Sequence record: MF807953
Strand: one strand, 5' to 3'
From: Escherichia phage Ayreon
Length of the DNA: 44,708 nucleotides
Made by a program: the position numbers and the translations under genes. The notes beneath the pieces were generated by a model. That model did not search any database, was not told the DNA's origin, and saw only the letters and a list, made by a program, of their open reading frames with translations. This document shows, one piece after another, positions 9,518 through 19,170 of this stretch (the first letter of the stretch is position 1; each line of letters begins with the position of its first letter).

Positions 9518-12500
9518 TTTGGGGATTGATGCGGCAGAGTTTAAAAATGAAATTCCCCGTATCAAAAACCTTCTGAATGGTGCAGCCAGCGATGCAGAAC
9601 GGTCTTCTGCCCGTATGCAGCGTTTTATGGAGCGTCAGACTCAGGCCGCCCGGCAGACAATGCAGGCGGCTTCTTCGGCTGCAACAGCCGCATCCGTCCA
9701 TGCGCAGACGGTGGAGAAGAGCGCACAGGCTCATGAACGCATGGCCCGCGAGGTGGAGCAAACCCGCCAGCGTATGGAGGCACTGAGCCAGAAAATGCGC
9801 GAGGAACAGGCGCAGGCCATGGCTCTGGCGGAGGCTCAGGATAAAGCGGCTGCCGCGTTTTATCGTCAGATTGACAGTGTGAAACAGGCCAGTGCGGGGC
9901 TGCAGGAATTACAGCGTATTCAGCAGCAGATCCGACAGGCCAGAAACAGTGGCGGGATTGGTCAGCAGGATTATCTGGCGCTGATTTCTGAGGTTACGGC
10001 GAAAACCCGTGTTCTTACGCAGGCTGAGGCAGAGGCTACCCGACAGAAAGTGGCGTTTATCCGTCAGCTTAAAGAGCAGGCAACCCGCCAGAATCTTTCT
10101 TCTTCTGAGTTGCTTCGTGCTAAGGCTGCCCAGCTGGGGGTAAGCAGTGCTGCAGAAGTGTATATCCGCAAAATGGAGCAGGCAGGAAAAGCCACACATT
10201 CGCTGGGTCTGAAAAGTGCAGCGGCCCGCCAGGAGATAGGAGTTCTGATAGGTGAACTGGCTCGCGGCAATTTAGGTGCGCTGAGGGGATCCGGGATAAC
10301 GCTGGCTAACCGTGCCGGATGGATAGACACACTGATGTCACCGAAAGGCATGATGCTGGGCGGGGTTATTGGCGGTATTGCCGCGGCCGTCTATGGTCTG
10401 GGTAAAGCCTGGTATGATGGTCAGAAGGAGGGGGAAGAATTTAACCGCCAGTTGTCGCTGACGGGGCATTATGCCGGAGTCACTGCCGGGCAGCTGTGGA
10501 CGCTCAGTCGTGCTATTTCCGGGAATGGTATTACGCAACATGCTGCAGCCGGTGCGCTGGCTCAGGTGGTGGGGAGTGGTGCATTTCGTGGAAACGATAT
10601 CGGTATGGTGGCGAGAGCTGCCGCACAGATGGAGCGATCGGTTGGCCAGTCGGTCAGCGATACCATAAATCAGTTTAAGCGGCTGAAGGATGATCCTGTA
10701 AATGCCGCGAAGGCTCTGGACAATGAGCTGCATTTTCTTACTGCCACTCAGCTTGAGCAGATACGCGTCCTTGGGGAACAGGGGCGGTCCAGTGATGCGG
10801 CACGGATAGCCATGTCTGCACTGGCAGAGGAAACCGGTCGGCGTACTGCGGATATTGATAATAACCTCAATGCGCTGGGCAGTACGCTGAAGTATCTGTC
10901 TGATTTATGGAGTCGTTTCTGGGATGCGGCCATGAATATTGGTCGTGAAGACTCGCTGGATGAACAGATTGCCGCTTTACAGGAGAAAGTGTCGCGGGCG
11001 AAAAGACTCCCCTGGACGGCATCATCTTCTCAGGTTGAATACGATCAGCAGCGTCTTAACGATCTTCAGGAGAAAAAACGCCAGAAGGATTTGCAGGATG
11101 CAAAAGAGCAGGCAGAGCGGAATTATCAGGAGCAACAGAAACGCCGTAATGCTGAAAATGCTGCACTGAACCGGATGAATGAAACGGAAGCAGCACGACA
11201 TCAGCGTGAAATTGCGCGTATTAATGCCATGCAGTACGCCGATCAGGCTGTCAGGGATGCGGCGATACAACGTGAAAATGAACGTTACGAGAAAGCCCTG
11301 GCATCCGGTAAGAAAAAAACACGCGAACCCCGTAATGATGAGGCCACCCGGTTATTGCTGCAGTACAGTCAGCAACAGGCACAGGTGGAAGGACAGATTG
11401 CTGCTGCAAGACAGTCAGCAGGCATTGCCACTGACAGGATGACAGAAGCGCATAAACAGCTTCTGGCTCTGCAGCAGCGCATCAGCGATCTGGACGGGAA
11501 AAAACTGACGGCAGATGAAAAGAGTGTGCTGGCCCGTAAAGATGAACTGATTCAGGCACTGACGCTGCTGGATGTAAAACAGCAGGAGCTTCAGAAACAG
11601 ACGGCACTCAACGATCTGAAGAAAAAAACAATTCAGCTGACCAGTCAACTGGCTGAAGAAGAGCGCGCTCAGCGCCAGCAACATGACCTGGATATCGCCA
11701 CGGTGGGTATGGGTGATCAGCAGCGGCAGCGATATCAGGTACAACTGAGTCTTCGCCAGAAATACCAGCAACAGCTGGAGCAGTTGAGGCGGGATAGTGA
11801 GCAGAAAGGAACATATAACACGGATGACTACAGAAAGGCCGAGCAGGCGCTGACGGAGAGCCTGAACCGACAACTGAATGAGAATCGCCGTTACTGGCAA
11901 CAGCTTGAAGTTGTGCAGGGTAACTGGAAAAACGGAGTCCTGCGTGCATTTCAGGATTTTACCGTGGATGCAGATAATACGGCAGGAACAGCAGAACAGG
12001 TGTTCTCGTCAGCCTTCAGCAACATGGGAAATGGCCTGGCAACTTTTGTCACTACCGGCAAACTCAATTTCAAATCCTTCACCTCTTCGGTGCTGTCAGA
12101 TATGGCGAAAATCCTGGCGCAGGCAACCATGATGAAATCGATAAAAGGGATTGGCAGTGTACTGGGATTTGATCTCAGCAGCCTTTCCCTGAATGCCAAT
12201 GGGGGGATTTATCAGTCTGCTGATTTGAGTCGTTACAGTGGCACGGTGGTTAACCGTCCGACGTTTTTTGCTTTTGCAAAAGGCGCGGGTGTGATGGGGG
12301 AAGCGGGACCTGAAGCCATTCTGCCACTGCGTCGTGGTGCTGACGGTAAGCTGGGGGTTGTGGCGGATATTGGTGGTTCAGGTATGGCGATGTTTGCCCC
12401 GCAGTACAACATCGAGATCAATAACGATGGCACGAACGGGCAGATAGGTCCGGCTGCCCTGAAGGTGGTTTATGACCTTGGGAAAAAAGCGGCAGCGGAC

Positions 12501-12554
12501 TTTATGCAACAGCAGGCCCGTGATGGTGGTCGGTTAAGTGGAGCATATCGGTAA
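9489..12554 (+). CDS. H: Tail tape measure protein H
   Basis: About 1021 aa, coiled-coil rich (Q/A/E/R repeats) with a Gly-rich hydrophobic patch; GGAGG ribosome-binding site 8 nt before ATG 9489; located between G/T and M. Confidence 0.85.
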   Translation: MDQIANLVIDLGIDAAEFKNEIPRIKNLLNGAASDAERSSARMQRFMERQTQAARQTMQAASSAATAASVHAQTVEKSAQAHERMAREVEQTRQRMEALSQKMREEQAQAMALAEAQDKAAAAFYRQIDSVKQASAGLQELQRIQQQIRQARNSGGIGQQDYLALISEVTAKTRVLTQAEAEATRQKVAFIRQLKEQATRQNLSSSELLRAKAAQLGVSSAAEVYIRKMEQAGKATHSLGLKSAAARQEIGVLIGELARGNLGALRGSGITLANRAGWIDTLMSPKGMMLGGVIGGIAAAVYGLGKAWYDGQKEGEEFNRQLSLTGHYAGVTAGQLWTLSRAISGNGITQHAAAGALAQVVGSGAFRGNDIGMVARAAAQMERSVGQSVSDTINQFKRLKDDPVNAAKALDNELHFLTATQLEQIRVLGEQGRSSDAARIAMSALAEETGRRTADIDNNLNALGSTLKYLSDLWSRFWDAAMNIGREDSLDEQIAALQEKVSRAKRLPWTASSSQVEYDQQRLNDLQEKKRQKDLQDAKEQAERNYQEQQKRRNAENAALNRMNETEAARHQREIARINAMQYADQAVRDAAIQRENERYEKALASGKKKTREPRNDEATRLLLQYSQQQAQVEGQIAAARQSAGIATDRMTEAHKQLLALQQRISDLDGKKLTADEKSVLARKDELIQALTLLDVKQQELQKQTALNDLKKKTIQLTSQLAEEERAQRQQHDLDIATVGMGDQQRQRYQVQLSLRQKYQQQLEQLRRDSEQKGTYNTDDYRKAEQALTESLNRQLNENRRYWQQLEVVQGNWKNGVLRAFQDFTVDADNTAGTAEQVFSSAFSNMGNGLATFVTTGKLNFKSFTSSVLSDMAKILAQATMMKSIKGIGSVLGFDLSSLSLNANGGIYQSADLSRYSGTVVNRPTFFAFAKGAGVMGEAGPEAILPLRRGADGKLGVVADIGGSGMAMFAPQYNIEINNDGTNGQIGPAALKVVYDLGKKAAADFMQQQARDGGRLSGAYR

Positions 12555-12883
12555 TGGAGACGTTTCACTGGAAAGTGCGCCCGGATATGAATGTGGTATC
12601 AGAGCCGAAAGTGGTGACAGTGAAGCTGGGCGATGGTTATGAACAGCGTCGTGCGGCGGGACTGAATAACCAGTTGTCGATTTACAGCGTGACGATACGT
12701 GTTCGTAAATGTGAACACCCATCTTTAAAAGCCTTTCTGGAACGGCACGGTGGCGTCCGCGCATTTCAGTGGACGCCACCTTATGACTGGAAGCCGATCA
12801 GGGTGGTTTGTCGTAAATGGTCGGCAAGCGTGGGGGCGCTGTGGGTAACCATAACGGCAGATTTTGAACAGGTCGTGGCATAG
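12554..12883 (+). CDS. M: Minor tail protein M
   Basis: 109 aa, the same length as lambda gpM, at the syntenic position. Confidence 0.8.
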   Translation: METFHWKVRPDMNVVSEPKVVTVKLGDGYEQRRAAGLNNQLSIYSVTIRVRKCEHPSLKAFLERHGGVRAFQWTPPYDWKPIRVVCRKWSASVGALWVTITADFEQVVA

Positions 12884-12892
12884 GAGGCTCTG

Positions 12893-13591
12893 ATGCAGGA
12901 TATTCCACAGGAAACACATCATGAGACGACACGCCTCACTCAGTCAGCCCAGGTGGTGCTCTGGGAAATCGATCTGACAGAGGTCGGTGGTGAACGCTAC
13001 TTTTTCTGTAATGAGCAGAACGAAAAAGGTGAGCCGGTTACCTGGCAGGGGCGGCAGTATCAGGCATACCCCATTCAGGGGACGGGATTTGAACTGAATG
13101 GCAAGGGCAGTGTTGCCCGTCCGACACTGACGGTTTCTAACCTGCACGGCATGGTCACCGGGATGGCGGAAGACCTGCAGAGTCTGGTCGGCGGAACGGT
13201 GGTCCGGCGTAAGGTTTACGCCCGTTTTCTGGATGCGGTGAACTTCGTCAACGGAAACAGTGACGCCGATCCGGAGCAGGAGGTGATCAGCCGCTGGCGC
13301 ATCGAGCAGTGCAGCGAACTGAGCGCGGTGAGTGCCTCTTTTGTACTGTCCACGCCGACGGAAACGGACGGTGCCGTTTTTCCGGGACGTATCATGCTGG
13401 CCAACACCTGCACCTGGACCTATCGCGGTGATGAGTGCGGTTATCACGGTCCGGCGGTCGCGGATGAATATGATCAGCCGACGTCCGATATCACGAAGGA
13501 TAAATGCAGCAAATGCCTGAGCGGCTGTAAGTTTCGCAATAACGTCGGCAACTTTGGCGGCTTCCTTTCCATTAACAAACTTTCGCAGTAA
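12893..13591 (+). CDS. L: Minor tail protein L
   Basis: 232 aa, the same length as lambda gpL; C-terminal Cys cluster CTWTYRGDECGYHG..CSKCLSGC typical of the gpL iron-sulfur site. Confidence 0.85.
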   Translation: MQDIPQETHHETTRLTQSAQVVLWEIDLTEVGGERYFFCNEQNEKGEPVTWQGRQYQAYPIQGTGFELNGKGSVARPTLTVSNLHGMVTGMAEDLQSLVGGTVVRRKVYARFLDAVNFVNGNSDADPEQEVISRWRIEQCSELSAVSASFVLSTPTETDGAVFPGRIMLANTCTWTYRGDECGYHGPAVADEYDQPTSDITKDKCSKCLSGCKFRNNVGNFGGFLSINKLSQ

Positions 13592-13596
13592 ATCCC

Positions 13597-14340
13597 ATGA
13601 CAGAGACAGAATCAGCGATTCTGGCGCACGCCCGGCGATGTGCGCCAGCGGAGTCGTGCGGCTTCGTGGTGAGAACGCCGGAAGGGGAAAGATATTTTCC
13701 CTGCGTGAATATCTCCGGTGAGCCGGAGGCGTATTTCCGGATGGCTCCGGAGGACTGGCTGCGGGCAGAAATGCAGGGTGAGATTGTGGCGCTGGTCCAC
13801 AGCCACCCCGGTGGTCTGCCCTGGCTGAGTGAGGCCGACCGGCGGCTGCAGGTGCAGAGTGATTTGCCGTGGTGGCTGGTCTGCCGGGGGGCGATTCACA
13901 AGTTCCGCTGTGTGCCACATCTTACCGGGCGGCGCTTTGAGCACGGGGTGACGGACTGTTACACGCTGTTCCGGGATGCTTACCATCTGGCGGGGATTGA
14001 GATGCCGGATTTTCATCGCGAGGATGACTGGTGGCGTCACGGTCAGAATCTCTATCTGGATAATCTGGAGGCCACAGGGCTGTATCAGGTGCCGTTGTCA
14101 GCGGCGCAGCCGGGCGATGTGCTGCTGTGCTGTTTTGGTTCATCGGTGACGAATCATGCCGCCATTTACTGTGGTGACGGCGAGCTGCTGCACCATATTC
14201 CTGAACAACTGAGCAAACGAGAGAGGTATACCGACAAATGGCAGCGACGCACACACTCCCTCTGGCGTCACCGGGCATGGCACGCATCTGCCTTTACGGG
14301 GATTTACAACGATTTGGCCGCCGCATCGACCTTCGTGTGA
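13597..14340 (+). CDS. K: Tail assembly protein K (MPN/JAMM plus NlpC/P60-like domains)
   Basis: JAMM-like HSHPGG motif in the N-terminal part and a Cys/His peptidase-like signature C-terminally; syntenic between L and I. Confidence 0.8.
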   Translation: MTETESAILAHARRCAPAESCGFVVRTPEGERYFPCVNISGEPEAYFRMAPEDWLRAEMQGEIVALVHSHPGGLPWLSEADRRLQVQSDLPWWLVCRGAIHKFRCVPHLTGRRFEHGVTDCYTLFRDAYHLAGIEMPDFHREDDWWRHGQNLYLDNLEATGLYQVPLSAAQPGDVLLCCFGSSVTNHAAIYCGDGELLHHIPEQLSKRERYTDKWQRRTHSLWRHRAWHASAFTGIYNDLAAASTFV

Positions 14341-14885
14341 AAACGGGGGCTGAAGCCATCCGGGCGCTGGCCACACAGCTTCCGTCGTTTCGCCAGAAAC
14401 TGAATGAGGGCTGGTATCAGGTGCGCATTTCCGGGCGTGATGCAGGCGAAAATGAATTATCTGCCCGTCTTAATGAACCGCTGGCAAATGGTGCCGTGAT
14501 CCACGTCGTTCCGCGTCTGGCGGGTGCCAAAAGTGGCGGTGTGTTTCAGGCGGTGCTGGGTGCGGCGCTGATTGCGGTGGCATGGTGGAACCCTGTTGGC
14601 TGGCTGGGGGCCGCGGCTGTATCGGGTCTGTATGCAGCAGGGGCCAGTATGATCCTGGGTGGTGTGGCGCAGATGCTGGCACCGAAAGCCAGGACGCCCA
14701 CGGCAGCCAGTACAGATAACGGCAAACAGAACACCTATTTTTCTTCACTGGATAATATGGTTGCCCAGGGCAATGTTCTGCCGGTTCTGTACGGTGAAAT
14801 GCGCGTGGGGTCACGCGTGGTTTCTCAGGAGATCAGCACGGCAGACGAAGGGGACGGTGGTCAGGTTGTGGTGATTGGTCGCTGA
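14238..14885 (+). CDS. I: Tail assembly protein I
   Basis: N-terminus MAATHTLPLASPGMARICLYGDLQRFGRRIDLRVKTGAEAIRALATQLP and C-terminus NGKQNTYFSSLDNMVAQGNVLPVLYGEMRVGSRVVSQEISTADEGDGGQVVVIGR match lambda gpI as I recall it. Confidence 0.85.
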   Translation: MAATHTLPLASPGMARICLYGDLQRFGRRIDLRVKTGAEAIRALATQLPSFRQKLNEGWYQVRISGRDAGENELSARLNEPLANGAVIHVVPRLAGAKSGGVFQAVLGAALIAVAWWNPVGWLGAAAVSGLYAAGASMILGGVAQMLAPKARTPTAASTDNGKQNTYFSSLDNMVAQGNVLPVLYGEMRVGSRVVSQEISTADEGDGGQVVVIGR

Positions 14886-14945
14886 TGAAAAACGTTTTAT
14901 GTGAAACCGCCTCCGGGCGGTTTTATCGTTTATGGAGCATGACGA

Positions 14946-17900
14946 ATGGGTAAAGGCAGCAGTAAGGGGCATACCCCGCGCGAAGCGAAGGACAACCTGA
15001 AATCCACGCAGCTGCTGAGTGTGATTGATGCCATCAGCGAAGGGCCGGTTGAAGGTCCGGTGGATGGATTAAAAAGCGTGCTGCTGAACAGTACGCCGGT
15101 GCTGGACAGTGAGGGGAATACCAATATATCCGGCGTCACGGTGGTGTTCCGGGCAGGTGAGCAGGAGCAGTCACCGCCGGAGGGATTTGAATCCTCCGGC
15201 TCCGAGACGGTGCTGGGTACGGAAGTGAAATATGACACGCCGATCACCCGCACCATTACGTCGGCAAACATTGACCGTCTGCGCTTTACCTTCGGTGTAC
15301 AGGCACTGGTGGAAACCACCTCAAAGGGTGACAGGAATCCGTCGGAAGTCCGTCTGCTGGTTCAGATACAGCGTAATGGTGGCTGGGTGACGGAAAAAGA
15401 CATCACCATTAAGGGCAAAACCACCTCGCAGTATCTGGCCTCGGTGGTGGTGGGTAACCTGCCGCCGCGCCCGTTCAATATACGGATGCGCAGGATGACG
15501 CCGGACAGCACCACAGACCAGCTGCAGAACAAAACGCTCTGGTCGTCATACACCGAAATCATCGATGTGAAACAGTGCTACCCGAACACGGCACTGGTCG
15601 GCGTGCAGGTGGACTCGGAGCAGTTCGGCAGCCAGCAGGTGAGCCGTAATTATCATCTTCGCGGACGCATTCTGCAGGTGCCGTCGAACTATAACCCGCA
15701 GACGCGGCAATACAGCGGTATCTGGGACGGAACGTTTAAGCCAGCATACAGCAACAACATGGCCTGGTGTCTGTGGGATATGCTGACCCACCCGCGTTAC
15801 GGCATGGGTAAACGTCTTGGTGCGGCAGATGTGGATAAATGGGCGCTGTATGTCATCGGCCAGTGTTGCGACCAGTCGGTGCCGGACGGTTTTGGCGGCA
15901 CGGAGCCGCGCATCACCTGTAATGCCTGGCTGACCACACAGCGTAAGGTGTGGGATGTTCTCAGTGATTTCTGCTCGGCGATGCGCTGTATGCCGGTATG
16001 GAACGGGCAGACGCTGACGTTCGTGCAGGACCGGCCATCAGATAAGGTGTGGACCTATAACCGCAGTAATGTGGTGATGCCGGATGATGGCGCGCCGTTC
16101 CGCTACAGCTTCAGCGCCCTGAAGGACCGCCATAATGCCGTTGAGGTGAACTGGATTGACCCGGACAACGGCTGGGAGACGGCGACAGAGCTTGTGGAGG
16201 ATACGCAGGCCATTGCCCGTTACGGTCGTAACGTCACGAAGATGGATGCCTTTGGCTGTACCAGCCGGGGGCAGGCACACCGCGCCGGGCTGTGGCTGAT
16301 TAAAACGGAGCTGCTGGAAACGCAGACCGTGGACTTCAGCGTGGGTGCTGAAGGGCTTCGCCATGTACCGGGCGATGTCATTGAAATCTGCGATGATGAC
16401 TATGCCGGTATCAGCACCGGCGGGCGCGTGCTGGCGGTGAACAGCCAGACCCGGACGCTGACGCTCGACCGTGAAATCACGCTGCCATCCTCCGGTACCA
16501 CGCTGATAAGCCTGGTTGACGGAAGTGGCAATCCGGTCAGCGTGGAGGTCCAGTCCGTCACCGACGGCGTGAAGGTAAAAGTGAGCCGTGTTCCTGACGG
16601 CGTTGCCGGATACAGCGTATGGGGGCTGAAGCTGCCGACGCTGCGCCAGCGCCTGTTCCGCTGCGTGAGTATCCGTGAGAACGATGACGGCACGTATGCC
16701 ATCACCGCCGTGCAGCATGTACCGGAAAAAGAGGCCATCGTGGATAACGGGGCGCACTTTGACGGCGACCAGAGCGGCACGGTGAATGGTGTCACGCCGC
16801 CAGCAGTGCAGCATCTGACCGCCGAAGTCACCGCAGACAGCGGGGAATACCAGGTGCTGGCCCGCTGGGACACGCCGAAGGTGGTGAAGGGGGTGAGCTT
16901 TATGCTTCGCCTGACCGTGGCAGCGGATGACGGCAGTGAGCGGCTGGTCAGCACGGCCCGGACGACGGAAACCACTTACCGCTTCACACAACTGGCTCTG
17001 GGGAACTACAGGCTGACAGTCCGGGCAGTAAATGCATGGGGACAGCAGGGCGATCCGGCGTCGGTATCGTTCCGGATTGCCGCACCGGCAGCGCCGTCGC
17101 GGATTGAGCTGACGCCGGGCTATTTTCAGATAACCGCCACGCCGCATCTTGCGGTTTATGATCCGACGGTACAGTTTGAGTTCTGGTTCTCGGAAAAGCG
17201 GATTGCGGATATCAGGCAGGTTGAAACCACAGCACGCTATCTTGGTACGGCGTTGTACTGGATAGCCGCCAGTATCAATATCAAACCGGGCCATAATTAT
17301 TATTTTTACGTTCGCAGTGTGAACACCGTTGGCAAATCGGCATTCGTGGAGGCTGTTGGTCAGCCGAGTGATGACGCATCCGGCTATCTGGATTTTTTCA
17401 AAGGCGAGATAGGGAAAACCCATCTGGCTCAGGAGCTGTGGACGCAGATTGATAACGGTCAGCTTGCGCCTGACCTGGCTGAAATCAGGACATCCATTAC
17501 GGATGTCAGCAATGAAATCACACAGACCGTCAATAAGAAACTGGAAGACCAGAGTGCGGCAATTCAGCAGATACAGAAGGTTCAGGTTGATACAAATAAT
17601 AACCTGAACAGCATGTGGGCTGTGAAGCTGCAGCAGATGCAGGACGGACGCCTTTATATCGCGGGTATTGGTGCCGGTATTGAGAACACCCCTGACGGCA
17701 TGCAGAGTCAGGTGCTGCTGGCGGCAGACAGGATTGCGATGATTAATCCTGCGAATGGCAACACAAAGCCGATGTTTGTTGGTCAGGGCGATCAGATATT
17801 CATGAACGAAGTGTTCCTGAAACGCCTGACGGCTCCCACCATTACCAGCGGCGGTAATCCTCCGGTATTTTCCCTGACACCGGACGGGCGGCTGACGGCG

Positions 17901-18443
17901 AAAAATGCCGATATCAGCGGTAACGTGAATGCGAACGCCGGGACGCTCAACAATGTCACGGTAAATGAAAACTGTACGATTAAGGGCATGCTGGAGGCGA
18001 CTCAGGTCAGAGGTGACTTCGTTAAAGCTGTATCCAAATCATTCCCGAAACAGGCTGGTACGTGGGGTAACACGGAAACACCAAACGGGACGGTTACAGT
18101 CACCATCAGCGATGATCATAACTTTGACCGTCAAATCATTATTCCACCCATTATCTTTAACGGAATAGCGTATAGCGATCCGGGAAGTGGTAATAACCCG
18201 GGAGGTACAAGATACACGGGTTATGGTTTTGAAGTTCGCAAAAACGGTGTATTAATCGCATCCAGAGAAACTAAAGGGGCCATTCCCGGTAGCTACAGTG
18301 CGGTTATTGATATGCCGAGTGGCAGGGGAAGCGTCACTCTGGAGTTTAAGGTTTTCCATAAAGGCAATCAGTGGGCAGGTAATATCACCGACTGTACGGT
18401 GATTGTGACCAAAAAAGCTGCTTCCGGCATCAGTATTCGTTGA
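14946..18443 (+). CDS. J: Central tail fibre / host specificity protein J
   Basis: 1165-aa ORF (lambda J is about 1130 aa) after I; followed by an intrinsic terminator. Confidence 0.9.
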   Translation: MGKGSSKGHTPREAKDNLKSTQLLSVIDAISEGPVEGPVDGLKSVLLNSTPVLDSEGNTNISGVTVVFRAGEQEQSPPEGFESSGSETVLGTEVKYDTPITRTITSANIDRLRFTFGVQALVETTSKGDRNPSEVRLLVQIQRNGGWVTEKDITIKGKTTSQYLASVVVGNLPPRPFNIRMRRMTPDSTTDQLQNKTLWSSYTEIIDVKQCYPNTALVGVQVDSEQFGSQQVSRNYHLRGRILQVPSNYNPQTRQYSGIWDGTFKPAYSNNMAWCLWDMLTHPRYGMGKRLGAADVDKWALYVIGQCCDQSVPDGFGGTEPRITCNAWLTTQRKVWDVLSDFCSAMRCMPVWNGQTLTFVQDRPSDKVWTYNRSNVVMPDDGAPFRYSFSALKDRHNAVEVNWIDPDNGWETATELVEDTQAIARYGRNVTKMDAFGCTSRGQAHRAGLWLIKTELLETQTVDFSVGAEGLRHVPGDVIEICDDDYAGISTGGRVLAVNSQTRTLTLDREITLPSSGTTLISLVDGSGNPVSVEVQSVTDGVKVKVSRVPDGVAGYSVWGLKLPTLRQRLFRCVSIRENDDGTYAITAVQHVPEKEAIVDNGAHFDGDQSGTVNGVTPPAVQHLTAEVTADSGEYQVLARWDTPKVVKGVSFMLRLTVAADDGSERLVSTARTTETTYRFTQLALGNYRLTVRAVNAWGQQGDPASVSFRIAAPAAPSRIELTPGYFQITATPHLAVYDPTVQFEFWFSEKRIADIRQVETTARYLGTALYWIAASINIKPGHNYYFYVRSVNTVGKSAFVEAVGQPSDDASGYLDFFKGEIGKTHLAQELWTQIDNGQLAPDLAEIRTSITDVSNEITQTVNKKLEDQSAAIQQIQKVQVDTNNNLNSMWAVKLQQMQDGRLYIAGIGAGIENTPDGMQSQVLLAADRIAMINPANGNTKPMFVGQGDQIFMNEVFLKRLTAPTITSGGNPPVFSLTPDGRLTAKNADISGNVNANAGTLNNVTVNENCTIKGMLEATQVRGDFVKAVSKSFPKQAGTWGNTETPNGTVTVTISDDHNFDRQIIIPPIIFNGIAYSDPGSGNNPGGTRYTGYGFEVRKNGVLIASRETKGAIPGSYSAVIDMPSGRGSVTLEFKVFHKGNQWAGNITDCTVIVTKKAASGISIR

Positions 18444-18463
18444 AGTTGTTATAACCCATATAA

Positions 18464-18489
18464 GGGCACCAGAAATGGTGCCTTTTTTA
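18464..18489 (+). terminator. Rho-independent terminator after J
   Basis: Hairpin gggcacc-agaaat-ggtgcc followed by a T6 run. Confidence 0.65.
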
Positions 18490-18512
18490 TTGCAGAAAAG
18501 CGAGAGGTAATT

Positions 18513-19112
18513 ATGCGTAAACTTTATGCCGCCATTTTGTCCGCAGCCATTTGTCTGGCCGTATCCGGTGCGCCTGCATGGGCATCTGAACATCAGTCCA
18601 CGCTGAGCGCGGGGTATCTTCATGCCCGGACCAACGTTCCCGGCAGCGATGATCTGAACGGGATTAACGTGAAATACCGTTATGAGTTTACGGACACACT
18701 GGGGCTGGTGACGTCATTCAGCTATGCAGGAGACAAGAATCGCCAGCTGACCCATTACAGCGATACCCGCTGGCATGAAGATTCCGTTCGTAACCGCTGG
18801 TTCAGCGTAATGGCGGGGCCGTCTGTGCGCGTGAATGAATGGTTCAGCGCGTATGCGATGGCGGGTATGGCTTACAGCCGTGTTTCGACTTTTTCCGGGG
18901 ATTATCTCCGCGTAACTGACAACAAGGGGAAAACGCATGATGTGCTGACCGGAAGTGATGACGGTCGCCACAGCAACACGTCTCTGGCGTGGGGGGCTGG
19001 CGTGCAGTTTAACCCGACCGAATCCGTGGCCATTGATATTGCTTATGAAGGCTCCGGCAGTGGCGACTGGCGCACTGACGGTTTCATCGTGGGGGTCGGT
19101 TATAAATTCTGA
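18513..19112 (+). CDS. lom: Outer membrane protein Lom (Ail/Lom family)
   Basis: 199 aa with a signal peptide (AICLAVSGAPAWA) and beta-barrel-like alternation, C-terminal ...GVGYKF; near-identical to my recollection of lambda Lom. Confidence 0.9.
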   Translation: MRKLYAAILSAAICLAVSGAPAWASEHQSTLSAGYLHARTNVPGSDDLNGINVKYRYEFTDTLGLVTSFSYAGDKNRQLTHYSDTRWHEDSVRNRWFSVMAGPSVRVNEWFSAYAMAGMAYSRVSTFSGDYLRVTDNKGKTHDVLTGSDDGRHSNTSLAWGAGVQFNPTESVAIDIAYEGSGSGDWRTDGFIVGVGYKF

Positions 19113-19138
19113 TTAGCCAGGTAACACAGTGTTATGAC

Positions 19139-19166
19139 AGCCCGCCGGTTCAGGCGGGCTTTTTTG
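19139..19166 (+). terminator. Rho-independent terminator after lom
   Basis: Hairpin gcccgcc-ggttcag-ggcgggc followed by a T5 run. Confidence 0.65.
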
Positions 19167-19170
19167 TGGG

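Noticed and set aside
12944-13918. 324-aa minus-strand ORF overlapping L and K
   Set aside because: Antisense to two syntenic lambda-like tail genes; composition (Arg/Ala/Pro-rich) indicates a GC-driven open frame rather than a gene.
16038-17423. 461-aa minus-strand ORF inside the J gene
   Set aside because: Antisense to a well-supported 1165-aa tail gene in GC-rich DNA; Arg/Pro/Gly-rich, low-complexity composition typical of spurious antisense frames; no ribosome-binding site context.
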